Shown here: positions 42,187 through 56,099 of the stretch, piece after piece
How positions within the stretch are numbered: position 1 is the stretch's first letter
Layout: each line of letters begins with the position of its first letter
DNA from: Octopus vulgaris
Lineage: Eukaryota
DNA length: 64,000 nucleotides
Direction of reading: 5' to 3'
NCBI GenBank assembly: GCA_951406725.2
Contig: OX597819.1
Location: 26,288,001-26,352,000, forward strand
Made by a program: the position numbers and the translations under genes
The notes under the pieces: generated by a model
The model's input: only the letters and a program-made list of their open reading frames with translations
Database searches by the model: none
What the model was told of the DNA's origin: nothing

Positions 42187-42844
42187 AAGGCGGCGAGCTT
42201 GCAGAAACGTTAGCACGCCGGGCGAAATGCGTAGCCGTATTTCGTCTGTTGTTACGTTGTGAGTTCAAATTCCGCCGAGGTCGACTTTGCCATTCATCAT
42301 TTCGGGATCGATAAATTAAGTACCAGTTACGTACTGGAGTCGATGTAATCGACTTAATACCTATGTCTGTCCTTGTTTGTCCCCTTTGTGTTTGGCCCCT
42401 TGTGGGTAATAAAGAAATAGGTATTTCGTATGCCGCTACGTTCTGAGTTCAAATTCCGCCGAGGTCGACTTTGCCTTTCATCCTTTCGGGGTCGATTAAA
42501 TAACTGCCGGTTACGCTCTGGGGTCGATGTAATCGTCTTAATCCGTTTGTCTGTCCTTGTTTGTCCCCTCTATGTTCAAATTCTTGCCGAGGTCGACATT
42601 GCTTTCATCCTTTCGGGGTCGGTTTGTCTGTCCTTGTTTGTCCTCTCTGTGTTTAGCCCTTTGTGGGCAGTAAAGAAATAGGTATTTCAACTGCTGCTAC
42701 GTTCTGAGTTCAAATTCCGCCGACGTCGACTTTGCATTTCATCCTTTCGATGTCGATAAATTAAGTACCAGTTCCGTACTGGGGTCGATCTAATCGAATG
42801 GTCCCTCCCCCAAAATTTCGGGCCTTGCGCTTAGAGTATAAAAG
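42187..42844 (+). mobile_element. Multimeric SINE family A array within one 17-bp TSD
   Basis: One full monomer followed by three partial internal repeats. TSD aatataacatccaaatt at 42169-42185 and 42845-42861. Confidence 0.9.
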
Positions 42845-45800
42845 AATATAACATCCAAATTCAGAGTGACACAAATTTTGATTATGCTTCAAAGGATCAA
42901 AAACCACTAAAAGAAATTTAATACTTAGACACATTTTGCATTAGCGCTTAATTGCTTAAAGGGATAAAGAAGAGATTATGGTATTACTGTGATAATTTTT
43001 CATAAGTTTGAACGAAATCGAGAAAGGGAAATTTTCGGAGGACGGGTTCGATTCTCAACTAGGTCACTTAAAGTGCAAGAACCAGAAATTTTCGATACTT
43101 TATTCTTCACTGCAATTGAAGCCTTCAAATTCTCTTATTGACTTTCTCGTGGTATAACTACTACAACATTTTTTTTAATATTTCAGACACCATATTTTGT
43201 TCTTTATTTTATAACGCTCGAAACAATCCAAAGTGACACAGTTACATTCTTCGGACTCAATCGCAGAACGATAAGGCAGAAAATACTACTCTTTCTCAAA
43301 AGTTGAAATTCTCTACTCCTGATAAACAGAAAAAAAATCGATAATGCTAAGAGAATTTGCATGTTGATACGGATAGTTTGCAACAGAAAATTGAAGTTGT
43401 TGTTGGCTTAGTTTGACAGTAGTAAACATGAAATGAAATGTACTTTTTCGGTTAAAATTTTAAATTCGAAGAAATATATTTTGTGTTTAATAATTGCAAC
43501 TTCTGTAAAACACAATGATTGAAAATGCAATATAACAGATACAAAGAGTATCAGGCGTTTAATGTATGAAAATATTGTTGAATCATATTATTCCAACATG
43601 AATCACTTCATGTCACACACTTTCATAGGGTATTCCAACAATATCTACATCAGTTTTTCTTTCTTTATCCTCTGACATATTTTTGACACATACCCCTCAC
43701 TTTATGCCTACAGTAACGTTTGCTTACAGGTATCTCCCGCCTCCTGTATTTGCCTTCAATGCATTTAATATATTTCAATCTATACTTACTCCGTACATTA
43801 TTATCCTTCTCCTTCCCATTTCTGTTTCTGTGTTTATTGAACAACATCTTCCCAGATAGAATCGCTTAGTTTTTGGGGGTTTTTTTTACACGGATTTTCC
43901 ATAATAAAAACCAAATGGAATTGAAGAAGGTAATTTCGGATTTAGCAGAACTTTGGAAAGCACAATTAGAATATGGTAGTACGAGATACAAAAGCTAACT
44001 GGATAAACGTTTTGGTCTAGTTAACTCGAAGCTTTACATAAGATATTGTGGTGTTCTATGGCCATTCCCAAAGCATTACGTGTTGCTATAGTGACCATCA
44101 AGAGTTAAAAGGATACTTACCATCTTGTTTTATTTGTTTCCTTCTTTGCATGGAAATACCTTTTTTACAGTTGACAAAGCACCTATTGATAAATTTAGCA
44201 AAAGTGCTTTAAATAGATGAAATATCAAAAAAGTATAACATGTTGTCCTCCGAGAAATATGAGAAATGAGTCGAAAGAATTTTGGCTCGATTATCTCAAA
44301 CATTTACAAATATATATTAAATGTGGGCATCATGAGCATTTACTTTTAAAATGTGTACTCTTACATAACTTCATTGTTGAACTTAAACATAAATATCTTG
44401 TAACCACGTAACATATAATGCAATATCATTTCGATGTTGAGCATAGATTCATATTTATTGGCATTTGTTCATGTTTCGAGATGGGTATTCGATCACCATA
44501 TCCAAATAGTTCTAGTCCGCTTGAAAACCCATAGGGTTATTTTACAGAGAACGTTATAGCCTTATGTCTCTTACGCTCTCCGCACTTCCCTTATATAATT
44601 GCCATATTTTAAAATTATCACTTGTTGAAGTTTTGACTAGAAATTAATGTCACTCTAATATAATTTTAGTAAACGTAACAGCACAAAATCATTAGTTATC
44701 TTAAAAGATTTATAATAAAACTCTGGTTGGGTTTATATCATTCGGTACTCTCCATTGTTTTTTTACACAAACATTGTGTGGAGTTTGATGATAAGTGATG
44801 TTTCCAACTCATTGATGTAACAGCGGTTAGCTATATTAATTCAGTCTTTTCTTATGATAGCAGTAGACACGAATTTTGTAGTTATCCTCCAGAAAAGGTC
44901 TTTAATTGCAGAAAGCAAGGATTCAAAGTTTTATTCAATAGGCGGAATACTTCAGTAAACACAGCACATCATCATCCGATTCATATTGATGCAGTTATAT
45001 TTATTACAGAAAATAGCTCAAATTAATTAAGATTTGCGTATGCATGTTATATATCTATGTCACTTGTATTTTTCATTTTTAATCACTCCAAAACTTTTTG
45101 CAAGCTGTGCTTTTTAATATGTTTGCACAATGCGATTAAACATAGCATGGCAACGTCGTACTTTACTAGCAGCGAGATTGCACATGAATTTCACAATATA
45201 ATTAATTGTTTCGTATGCAACCGCTTTCTCTTTTCAAACCACTTTGAATGCATTTAATGATTTTCTTTCATAATTTATACTTTTGGTTTTGTTTACAAAT
45301 ATAAAAAGCAATTTTCTAAACAATATCACTAGGAAGGAAACATAATATTGAAATAATCTCTGCCCTATTTATACAGGAAATCAACAATAAAATAATTGAT
45401 TAGCAACTGAAAAATCAATATCGTAATCAAAGAAAATCTAATGACAGACAGATATTGAGTAACAAGGTGTTAGTTAATGTCTACTGTAAATTGAAAATAA
45501 CGGTATGTCACTTATTTGTCCAACAAGCCATTAAGACCGACAAACATAGAATTATAGCTTTTTATACTTTGCTTTCGAATTAGGAATTGTTTATAACCTG
45601 AAGTAGTCAAATTATCATAGCTCTTAAAATATTTAATATTTTGGCATCTTTGTATATACAATGCGAAAATAGATAATTTTTATATTAAATATACACACTA
45701 ATGGAAATTTGATGTAAAGGACAGCTAGATAATCTAGAGGTATTATAATACAAATAACCATATTTCTGAGTTCACATTGAACTGGGAACGATTTTGATAT

Positions 45801-46849
45801 CAATTCCAGTAAGACACCATTGAGATAATACTAATATATAAAGCAAAACTATTCATTGAGATGTGGGGACCTAGTTGATTCAGTTTACAAACGTAAAATG
45901 TGCTTCTTTCACGCCAATAACCATTCTGCAAGGTATATATACATATACATATATATATGTGTGTGTGTGTGTGATCTAATCCCCATTTCTCTTAAACTAG
46001 TGTGATATATGCGGTTAACGAAACAATAGCATATTTCACCTAGATGTGTAATATTTTGTGGTTGGTTAAAATCAATATAAATAAGCCTGCCTCCTCTGTA
46101 TAGGTATTCCTCGGCAAAATAAATTCACACAAAGTTTTCTCTCTCGAGTATCCTTGCTTAAAGTGATATTGAAGAGGTAATAAGAAATCACAAAATGCAA
46201 GACAAGAACCGTTTTGTTGCGATAAAAGCCACAAAGAACTAATATAGTAGATATAGCAAACAGTAAAACATAATTACCATCCAATTTCCCTTGATTCGAG
46301 TCGGCTCGCTTCAGGTTGATTAAAAACAGGAAAATAGACGATGGAGATCCAAAATTGTCTGTATTTTGTAATGTACTGTTACAAAATTTACCTTCACTAC
46401 GAAAGCACGAAGCGCAGCGATAACTACGTATTGAGGTAAATATGTAGGCAAAGGAATAGCTTTTAGTTTAGTGGGAATTATCTACAATCTTTGTGTTGAG
46501 TACTGACCTGTACTGTCTTAATATGTATTTTGGAACTCATGCAGCTTACGACTTGTTCCATATTCGGATTCCGCTTTATTATTGACTATTAATGCCATTG
46601 TGAATTTCACTCCTGTTTCGGCATTATCTGTACCTTTATGCACGACAGAAGAAAGTGTTTTGGGTTGGCAGATTGCTTAGCGCATCGAACAAATTGCTTT
46701 GCAGTATTTGTTTCGGCTCTTTACTTTCTGAGTTCAAATTCCACCAATGTCGACTTTGTCTTTCATCCTTTCAGAGATGATCTATTAAGTACCAGTCAGG
46801 TACTGGAGTTCATTACATCGATTCCTCCATCCCCACAAAATCTGCTCTT

Positions 46850-48230
46850 TTGAGTTTTGTTGACATGTTTCCTCCAATCACAAGAATCTTTTGTAACATA
46901 CTTATAGACAACTGGACGAAGGTTTTATTCTGCATTTTGCTAATGCACATCACAATTCTAATATCTTTTCGACTTTCAGATAGCAATTTTGTTATTGAGA
47001 CAAGTTCACCAATAAATACTCTTGTGTTCCATAAAGTTTTCCTCTTTAACGTTAGGGCTTCATGTTTGTCAATATTCTTGTAAATGTACGCCATTATTAT
47101 TCTATGACCATATCTGATCTCTTAGTTTTGTGAAGAAATCTCTTAATCATCATTCTCCCTCAAAACTTCTAGCCTGTATCACACCAATGTTTCCGTTACT
47201 TCAAGCAGGCAGAATCGTTAGCGCGCCGGGTAAAAAGCTTAGCGGAATTTCCGCAGAGGTTGACTTTGTCTTTCATCATTCCAATGTCGATAGAACTGCC
47301 AGTTCAGTACTGGGGTCAATGTAATCGGCTTACTCCTCCCCTGAAATTACTGGCCATGTGCCATAATTTGAAATAAATGTTCTGTCACTTCAAATTTACA
47401 GACATGGTCAACATTACAATGCATTATTTCATCAACTTACAACTCAGTCGCGTACGCCATTATGATCTTTTTATGTTTAGAAATAATTTAATATACTTCT
47501 CCACTTTTCCATATTTCAAGCGTTTATTATCTGACTGATTCTTATGAATTATAATTATCAAATTCGTTTTTTAATGTCTTGAACCTGGGCGGTTACAATT
47601 ATTACTGATTCTGTTTCTCGTCTACGGTTTTCATATTTCAAATGTAAGCATTCTTCACTTCCAAGATCCTTCATTTCTTCCATCAACTGTCCATGTAAAT
47701 GTTTCTATTTTCAACTACTTATCATAGGATTCAGTCTACATTTGAAGGCTTTCCATGTTCCAGTAGCTTCGATTTGTCTCTGCTCACTGCGTACAACAAA
47801 GTATTTCCTACCCTGCAAATCGCAATATTTACTTAAAACAAAACGACTCTTTGAACTGTCTTTCTTGGTAGAGCTTGTCGATATTAATTTCATGGTGATG
47901 TACACTATACATACTGAGTAACATACTAATTTTTCTTTCCAAATATTTTACCTTTCGCACTTAACTTTATTTAAAAAAAGAAGCAGACTATCGCTGTATT
48001 TTCATGACCACAGATTGTCTGTCTTGATGATGTAATTTCACTCATCTTCCTACCTTTTCTCTTCTACGTTTTGGAGACTTTCTCTGCCGTACACATTTGC
48101 ATTATCATATCACTACAATCCCTTTGTAGCTAATCCTATGCTTCGTTTCATCTCGGTGCTCTAAATAAAATCATCCATCAGAATTAGTCTTTTGATTTCT
48201 TGATAGTTAATACGGCACATTTATTCATCC
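46850..48230 (-). mobile_element. Decayed R4/Dong-like LINE 3' portion, interrupted by a SINE A (~47205-47375)
   Basis: Minus-strand remnants ..LHGQLMEEMK..RETESVIIVTAQVQ.. (cf. LHGQ..ETE.LI.AAQDQ) and ..KTLWNTRV.. (RLE region). Confidence 0.5.
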
Positions 48231-48411
48231 CAAACTACAAACTAATACCTTTGGTAAATGTTCTTAATTGTTGAACTAGAGGACTCGGGCTCTTTGTCAT
48301 TCTGCAATATGGTTTGAGGTTATTTTTTTTTCTTTTCTTTTCTTTTCTTTTATTTTATTTGTATATGCATTTTTCTCCTGGTTATTAGCAAGCCCGTGAA
48401 CAAGTCTGAAT

Positions 48412-48439
48412 TTTCTTCTTCTTCTTCTTCTTCTTCTTC

Positions 48440-48500
<61 letters not shown>

Positions 48501-48687
48501 CAATATTGTTAATATTATTATTATTATTATGTTTTTTCCTCTTTCTTCAAATTTTCTTCCGTTTCTCGCCGAGTGTTTTCCATACACCTAGGGCAGAGAA
48601 GCTCATTGTATGCATTCCCAGATTACACACGCAAATTCACAGATAAAATATGTATTTAAAAATTAATAAATAAATAAATTCATGTTG

Positions 48688-48746
<59 letters not shown>

Positions 48747-48785
48747 ATTCCTACTGTTTTTGTTGTTGTTACTATTATAATTATT
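48412..48785. repeat. (CTT)n/(ATT)n trinucleotide tracts enclosing a ~150 bp unique insert
   Basis: Direct reading; the insert spans ~48531-48683. Confidence 0.9.
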
Positions 48786-49935
48786 TGAAGTAACGCTATC
48801 TTAAAGATAATAGGGAACCTTTATAATGCAAACGAATCTGATCACTATTTTATGGTCGCTATAACTTTATAGCAGTCGAAGGATAACATAAAGTATTCGA
48901 AACTCCTAGAACTATTTTATGTTTAACCAACTAGGAAAGTTACCATACATGATGTTGAAAGAACAGAGTAAAAGCAAAGCAGGAAATATTAACACTATCC
49001 ATGTCTACTTAATATATACCAGAAACCTGAGCAATGGTTTCACAATTACATATTTAGCGGGAACGTCTTGTCAGCGTATTTCTGTTTACTTTACGATTAA
49101 GGTCGTAACTAATTTTCCAGATTTGTGTCTTAGAGTCTGCAAGTTGGTATATATATTCTGTTTAGAAATTTGGAATAGATAATAGTTCATTGCTTCAATA
49201 TCACAGAGTAAATTGAAATGATAATTTGTTTTACCCTGATTTGAAAGCTTTCATTTGAAAGTTATTCATTTTACCAGATTTCTTAACCACATTTTTAAAT
49301 AGGCTGCATCCATAGTTTCAACAGTGATTCCATTTATGCTTCTTCAAATTGTAGTTTCATCCTGAAGCACTCTCTTTGTATTTTCTGTTTATTTTGAAAG
49401 CAGCCACTACAAATACTTTGTCTCTAGTTTTAAGAATCCTTGATTTGGTAACCCTTCTTTTTCCAGTACTTCCACCCTGGGTTATGTCTATTTCTGCCAT
49501 TTTCTAGTTATGTGTTGTTTGATCTGAAATCTCAAGTGCCATTGCATTCGCCAAACATTTTCTTGTTGCTTTATAATCATCGATTCAAAATTTCGCTATT
49601 TGTAAATTATTCTGGTCGTTTGAATGCCGTTTTATCTTGTGATGTGATATTGCATTCTACCTGATTTAAACTCTAGAATTCATTCACAGGCTCCTTTAAA
49701 TATTACATTGCTTTTCTTCACTCTTTCGTTCGCTCACACCCCCTCCCTCCTTCTGTCTCCCTCCTTATCTTTTTCTCTCTCACTCTCAAGCTCTCTAGTT
49801 ATTTTCTCTCCATTCTTTATTTAAAGTGAAACTGAGACAACTTCCTCTTTACAACGGAAAAAGTGAATTTTAAGAAACTTTGGATTTCTACTCCGAACAA
49901 AATTTTCTTAAATGCTATATACGTATGCGTATACC

Positions 49936-50167
49936 TATTTTTTTACTACCCACAAGGGGATAAACAATGAGGAGACAAACAAGGACAGACAAAGGGATTA
50001 AGTCGATTATATCGACCCAGTGCGTAACTGGTACTTATTTAATCGACCCCGAAAGGATGAAAGGCAAAGTCGACCTCGGCGGAATTTGAACTCAGAACGT
50101 AACGGCAGAGGAAATACTGCTAAGCATTTCGCCCGGCGTGCTAACGTTTCTGCCAGCTCGCCGCCTT
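49936..50167 (-). mobile_element. Full-length SINE family A with a 21-bp TSD
   Basis: Head aaggcggcgagctggcagaaacgttagc on the minus strand. TSD ctatatacgtatgcgtatacc at 49915-49935 and 50168-50188. Confidence 0.93.
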
Positions 50168-52133
50168 CTATATACGTATGCGTATACCACCAACAAATGA
50201 TCCCAGGGAATTTAATTCATCTTTTGCGTTAAAAAGTGTAAGGTGTTTCTTATAAAGCACATTATAACTCATTTCCAGTGATGTTGCCCTTGCCACATAA
50301 TTATTAATTAAATGTTTTCTTCGATGCAAATAGTATTATTACTCCAAATATACATATTTTTCGTTAAGACGGTATTCTAAATTAACTTTCATCGGTTACT
50401 GCCCAGTTAAGAATAAATCCCAATCCAGGAATTTGACATCAGGAAATTTAAGTTCTTCGTATGATATGATCTCTTATGACCTATTTTTCAGTATATTAAG
50501 TTGTTTCTTGAGCGTTTTTATTCACTACAGCTCTTATTTTTAAGTTCTCGTTTGTGGTCTGTCTTTCTTCCATCATTGTTGAATTCATTTCTTTCTCTGT
50601 CACACGCTCTCTCTCTCTCCCTCTTCCCCTCCCTCTCTTTTTGTCTCCTTCTCTCATACACTCTCACACCGTCACTATCTTAAGTACAGTCACTCTGTCT
50701 TTATCGCTATACAACTATTATATTCCTGTTTCTCTTTCATCTTAACGTTTTTGCTGTGTCTTTTTTGTCTCGTTGTTTTGTTATTATAAGTTTTACTGTT
50801 TCCACCCCACCCCCATTTCTCTCTTTATCACTGTCTCTATTCCATTGTTCACGATCTTTCTCCTTTTCTTATAACCCATAGAATTAGTCTCTGAATTTTA
50901 TCAATTTTTCTTCCCTTTATTCTTTCCGCTCATGTTCAATATCTTGTCCCTAGCTATTTTCCTTAATCCATATATAACTTATTTCCCTCTATCTCATTTC
51001 TTCCTTATTTTGTATTTTCATTCTCTTTCTAACTTTCACGCTCTCACCCCCTTTGCATCCACTCTCTCTCTCTATCTCTCTCTCTTTCTATCTATCTTTC
51101 TGTTTATCTATGTATCTTAAACGTGCATCTATCCCGACATCTTTGTTACTTCATAACATACTTGCCTTTCTCACACTTTATGTTCCTTACAGATTCTCTC
51201 TTTTGTTTCTTAAGTCCACATTTGCCGTGTATCAAACCATTGCATACTTCTCTTCTTTTTTGCTATTTTAATCTCCTCCTCTCCTACTTTCTATCATATC
51301 AGTATGTTATTTTGTGTTATCGCTCTCTTCGCATCTGCTAAATTACAGAAAACACATGAAAATCATACAAAGCAAATCTCGAAATAAAAATAATCACTGC
51401 TTGCGAAGAGCTAATACTTCTTAGAAAGGACGGGGATTGTAAGCAGAGTAAAATACTCTTAGCTGAGAAACCACATAACAATTATATGTTATAAAATAAT
51501 ATATAGTTTCTTTCAGTAGAAATCTTCAATATCCTAAGATTCATTATCTTTCCACTGTAGCAATAACAAATTACTTTGAACACAAAATTAATGCGCATGG
51601 GCAGTCATGCAAATACAGACACACAGGCACGTGCCCATACACGTATATTAATACATGATTATATGAATATGATTATATACGTTTGATTGTGTTTACATAT
51701 GACTGTGCTTCTGTGTATACACAGGTACTTACATATTTATATAACTGTTTATGTTCTTATACGCATATATTCATATAAGTGCATGCATATGATATATGTG
51801 CATCTGTGTATGAACATGTATACATGTGCTTATATGTGTGTGTGTGTGTTTGTCTGGCATTGATCATTAACGTGATATCGTAGCAGGAGATAATCAGCAA
51901 ATATCTGCGGAAATAATTATCGTTAAAAATTACGAGGGTGAGAGCGGGGATGAAAAATACAAAAAAGACTAATACGCGAGATTTCATCAATGATTTGGTT
52001 AACAATGTTTTTCCTGAAATGTCACATATCATGTGTTAGGAGAATATTAGTCCGAAGAGCCCAGGTGGGTTTGTACGTATGTTGTGTACGCGCATATATG
52101 CTCGCAATAAAAACAAATTCATATCCAATTATA

Positions 52134-52170
<37 letters not shown>

Positions 52171-52418
52171 TGCGTGTCCGTGTGTGTGTGTGCGTGTTAC
52201 AAAATCTACGCATGTACAAACTTGCTGAAATATGCACAAATATGTAGATCCGTATAGTGGACAACAGAAATCGTTATACTGACAGCGCAATGAAGAAAAT
52301 TCGCTGAATAGCACCCACGACGCATTATATCGGCTGACATCTGAACACTCTCGTACAATCAAGCCAAAACATCATGCGCATATAATTTAGTCTTGCTGTT
52401 TTTTAATATATAAGGAAA

Positions 52419-52931
52419 CTAGCAGTATCGCCCGGCGTTGCTCGGGTTTGTAAGGGAAATAACTATATAAGCATTTTTAGAGAGTTACTTCCCTTATAGA
52501 TGCCAATTCGGGCTTTCTTAGCCATTTCTGTTTTGGTGTCTTCAAGCCATGAAGTCGTTGTTCTAAAAGAACGCTGGTCTCCTTGACAACGCTTTACGAC
52601 GTTGATTTCCTTACACTCCCTTCCCCACAGCTTCACGAGGGAAGGAAGAAGGGGGAGAAGCAAACAGGTGCAGGTGTGACCATGGACGCCAACTCCGCCG
52701 CCATCGACACACGAAAAATTACGCATTAAAATGGAATAAAAAATGATGTTAAATTATTTTTAAAATCGTAGACTCATCGTAGACGCGCGCTAATAGCCAG
52801 ACGGGCTCGATATGCATCACGACTATAAGATACCGGAATTTGGTTAAACTGCACAGCAAAATGTGGGAGTAGTTAGGAATCTAAATCGAAGGGGACAGAC
52901 ACTCACACCACTACAGTTTTATATATATAGA
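52419..52931 (-). mobile_element. Non-autonomous Helitron (same family as 29514-29905) with an extra internal segment
   Basis: A|TCTATATATATAAAACTG start and cccgagcaacgccgggcgatactgCTAG|T end; extra ~220 bp at ~52498-52715. Confidence 0.9.
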
Positions 52932-53382
52932 TATAGGGAAGCAATACCTATTATTGAATTTCTTCCAACATTTCAAACTTTAGTAGCATAACTTAAATAG
53001 TACTTTATATGCAATTGTAATTTATTTTTATTTTTCTTCTAACGATTTCCTGTATACTCTCCAAATAATTGTAAAAATATATCTTTATTGAAGTAGTCTA
53101 ATTTGTATTGTGTACTTTCACTGCGCGATTTACCTAAACTCTGTGCTTTTAGTTCTGGTTATAGTTCGTTTTGCCTTTGATTATTACGTTTTTATTGAAA
53201 ACACACTACATAATACGTGTTTAAATTATTGCATCTTCTGTATTCCCTATGTTGCATAAATGTATGTGCATTGCAGCTTTGTTTATATATTTGTCTATAT
53301 TTTTTGAAGCTGATTCGCAACGTACATATTAGGAAACACTATGTGTTTCTAATCTCACTCTGGTAATATCTATTGTCATATA

Positions 53383-54764
53383 CACTGCGTGTCAGCTCAG
53401 TTTTCTCACAATAACACAGAAGTTATTCGTTCGAACCCAGATATTTTCTACTGCCATTTTTGTTAATAGGCATCGTTTTTTACTGTCCTAAATTATTAGG
53501 CAGATCTAATAAAATGCTAATTATGCAAAAACAAACATTTAATCAATCGACAATAAAATTTTAACGACAAATATAATCATAACGGACTGTATAATGAACA
53601 TAATAATATATTTGAATGGAAATAATGCAAGAAATATGACGTCATAAAATTCTTAATGGTTGATGGTTGATCCTCTACATAAGAGAACGACCATGACGCG
53701 TTTATCCATTGAATTTGTCAAGGTAACTATTTTATCTAGTGTACTACTCTCAGCAGCATCTACAAAAGCTTCCCAGAGCGCACATTTCGATGAAAACTGC
53801 CGTCCATCTTGATGTATCTTCCCCTTTAGAACACTCCACAGATTTTCAATACCAGCGTTCTCTTTCATGAAACTTTCTGCTTCTTCAATCATCACATAAA
53901 ATTGTCATCCAAGATGGCAACATGAGCATTAGATGTATTCTTTACTCCGTTTGGAACTTTCGAAAGGCCAACCAACTTGTCTCCAATAATTCCAGCCAAA
54001 ATCATGACTTCGCTTCCCCTTTGTTGGCGTCTCAAACGATGAGGACGATATCCGCTAATCGCAACCCATCCTTTACTCCACACATCTGGCCCGTCTAGAG
54101 TAGGAAGGCAGTCGTCAGTAAAGAGGACTTTTGAAAATGTTATCTTCGTGTAGTATTCTGCCCCATTTGACTCTATCGTGTTTATGAACAGCCTTCAGAG
54201 GAGGTCTTTCGTTCTTGGCTACCTGCTTCAGGAGGTGATACCTGGTAGATTTCGAAATGTCTGCCCTACCACAATATTTAAACACTTCTCAACTAGTCAG
54301 ACATGTGTTCTTTGCAACAACTTTCCTCGTTATACGTGACAGGGTACGCCTGGAAACAACCCTCGATTTACCCTTGTCAGGCCTCGATTGGACAGCAGAA
54401 GACTCCATACATTTCTTCGCAGTTCGATGATCTCTTCCCAGGATCTTTGATATTTGCAATGTAGTTTTTTGTTTGTTTTTCCAAGCTCTAAAACGTTGGT
54501 GAACTCATTTGATGCTAAATCACGTTTTTGACTCATAATAACACTTTTATTGGGCATTTGCCTAATACTTTAGAACGGTAAAATTATTGCTGTTTCACGA
54601 AAATAGCCGCCGTTTATTTACATCTGCGCAGATCCAATTTATTTTACTATAGTATGCGCAGGCAAATGTTGCCATCATTCAGTGAAAAAAATATCTAGAT
54701 TCAAACGAATAAATACTCTGTTATTTCGTAAAAACAGAGCTGCCTAATAATTTGACACGCAATG
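53383..54764 (-). mobile_element. Tc1-like DNA transposon with a decayed transposase
   Basis: TA|cactgcgtgtca.. and ..tgacacgcaatg|TA terminal inverted repeats extending ~70-85 bp. Transposase remnants KVLFTDD..TLDGPDVWSKGW, RRQQRGSEVMILAGIIG and IENLWSVLK..SMDKRV. Confidence 0.9.
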
Positions 54765-56099
54765 TATTTATAGCTAAGTATTTAGCATGTTTCTTTAATC
54801 GATTTAACAGTTGGAACTTATATTTCTTTTGTGTGATATTTCCTTTCATGGGTATTTATAAGAAAAAAGTCTACTCGATATTCTTGTCAACCTCCCCCTC
54901 TAAACAATTTGAAAATCTGGGACGGTTTGTAATAAGATTACTTACCTTTGTGAATGCGGTGAGCTTAGCAGCACTCTGTCCGTCTTTACGTTCTGAGTTT
55001 AAATTCCTTTGAGGTCGAATTTTTAAAAAAATTAGTATCTTTTAGGCACTAGGACCAATGTAATCGGCTTGTACCTCACCCACATATCAGACCTTCTACC
55101 AATTGTAGAAACGATTATTTTGTTTTGTCAATTTTTACCTTATGCATAGCAGAGACAATCTTATTACATTTTACAGGGCTTCTGAGATTTATGGTCTGAC
55201 GGAAGAAATTTATTTGCTAACCAGATCCCTAATATAAATGCTTCATCGATGTGAACTGTAATAAAAGAACAAAATGACGGGACAGATTAATGATTAATCC
55301 AAGTAGCCAATGTATGTTTCTGCGACACTTCCAAAGACGGGCTTCACCAACGATTCTACCTACAAATTTCACTGAAAAAGTTTTGGTCCTTATAATGCAG
55401 TGCAATGGCATTGAATCTGACAACCACCTCGTTGTGAATTGTAGAGTATATCTTAACCTCCTGCTTGTAAAATTTCGTTTATATGTGTAATTCATCATAG
55501 TGAAATTTCCACTGTAATGGTAGCTTATCGTTGTTGTGTATATCTATAAGTTTTATCAGATTTGGCAGACAGAAACAAGAATGTTGTTTCTGTACAATCT
55601 CCAAATATTCTATAATACATTTATGCATTATGTTTTACGTAATTTCTGGTACGACAATTTTAATTTTGAGGCGCAATGAAGTCTAGTTTTGATACGTTCA
55701 GTAACTTACAATATTGTCATGTACGGGGTTTCCACACCAAAAACTCAGCATGCTATATTGTGAACCCCATTTTTCAGTCTGGTCTTTTGATGTTACTCTT
55801 TATAACTCACAAGGGTTAAAACTGTTCTGAATGTCAAAATTGGACTTTGACCCACTTTTGGGTCTTAATTCGCAATAAATAATTATTCTAAAATATATGT
55901 AGAGTACGTTTTCCCAACCTTTATGTCTTGTCTATTGAACTTTGCTTAGTTTATTAATTCTCTTTATTAAACAATATATTTCTGAGGTTTCATTTTCCCC
56001 TCTTAAACATAGCAGATTTAAACTGAATTTCCTCCCATTTATTGAACCCTTTCACCCTGTGCAGCTGTACTTTCAATCTTTCATCATTCGAAGCGCCTA

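Noticed and set aside
42187-42844. Repeated units as a CRISPR-like array or tRNA gene cluster
   Set aside because: The units are SINE fragments without unique spacers, the context is eukaryotic, and the heads have A/B boxes but no complete cloverleaf.
44700-45260. Possible decayed MULE transposase on the minus strand (NFESLLSAIKDLF)
   Set aside because: A single weak motif, with no TIRs or further support seen.
55290-55490. FQRRASP as a Helitron Rep HUH motif (EFQxRGxPH)
   Set aside because: The key His residues and the flanking Rep motifs are absent; likely chance.
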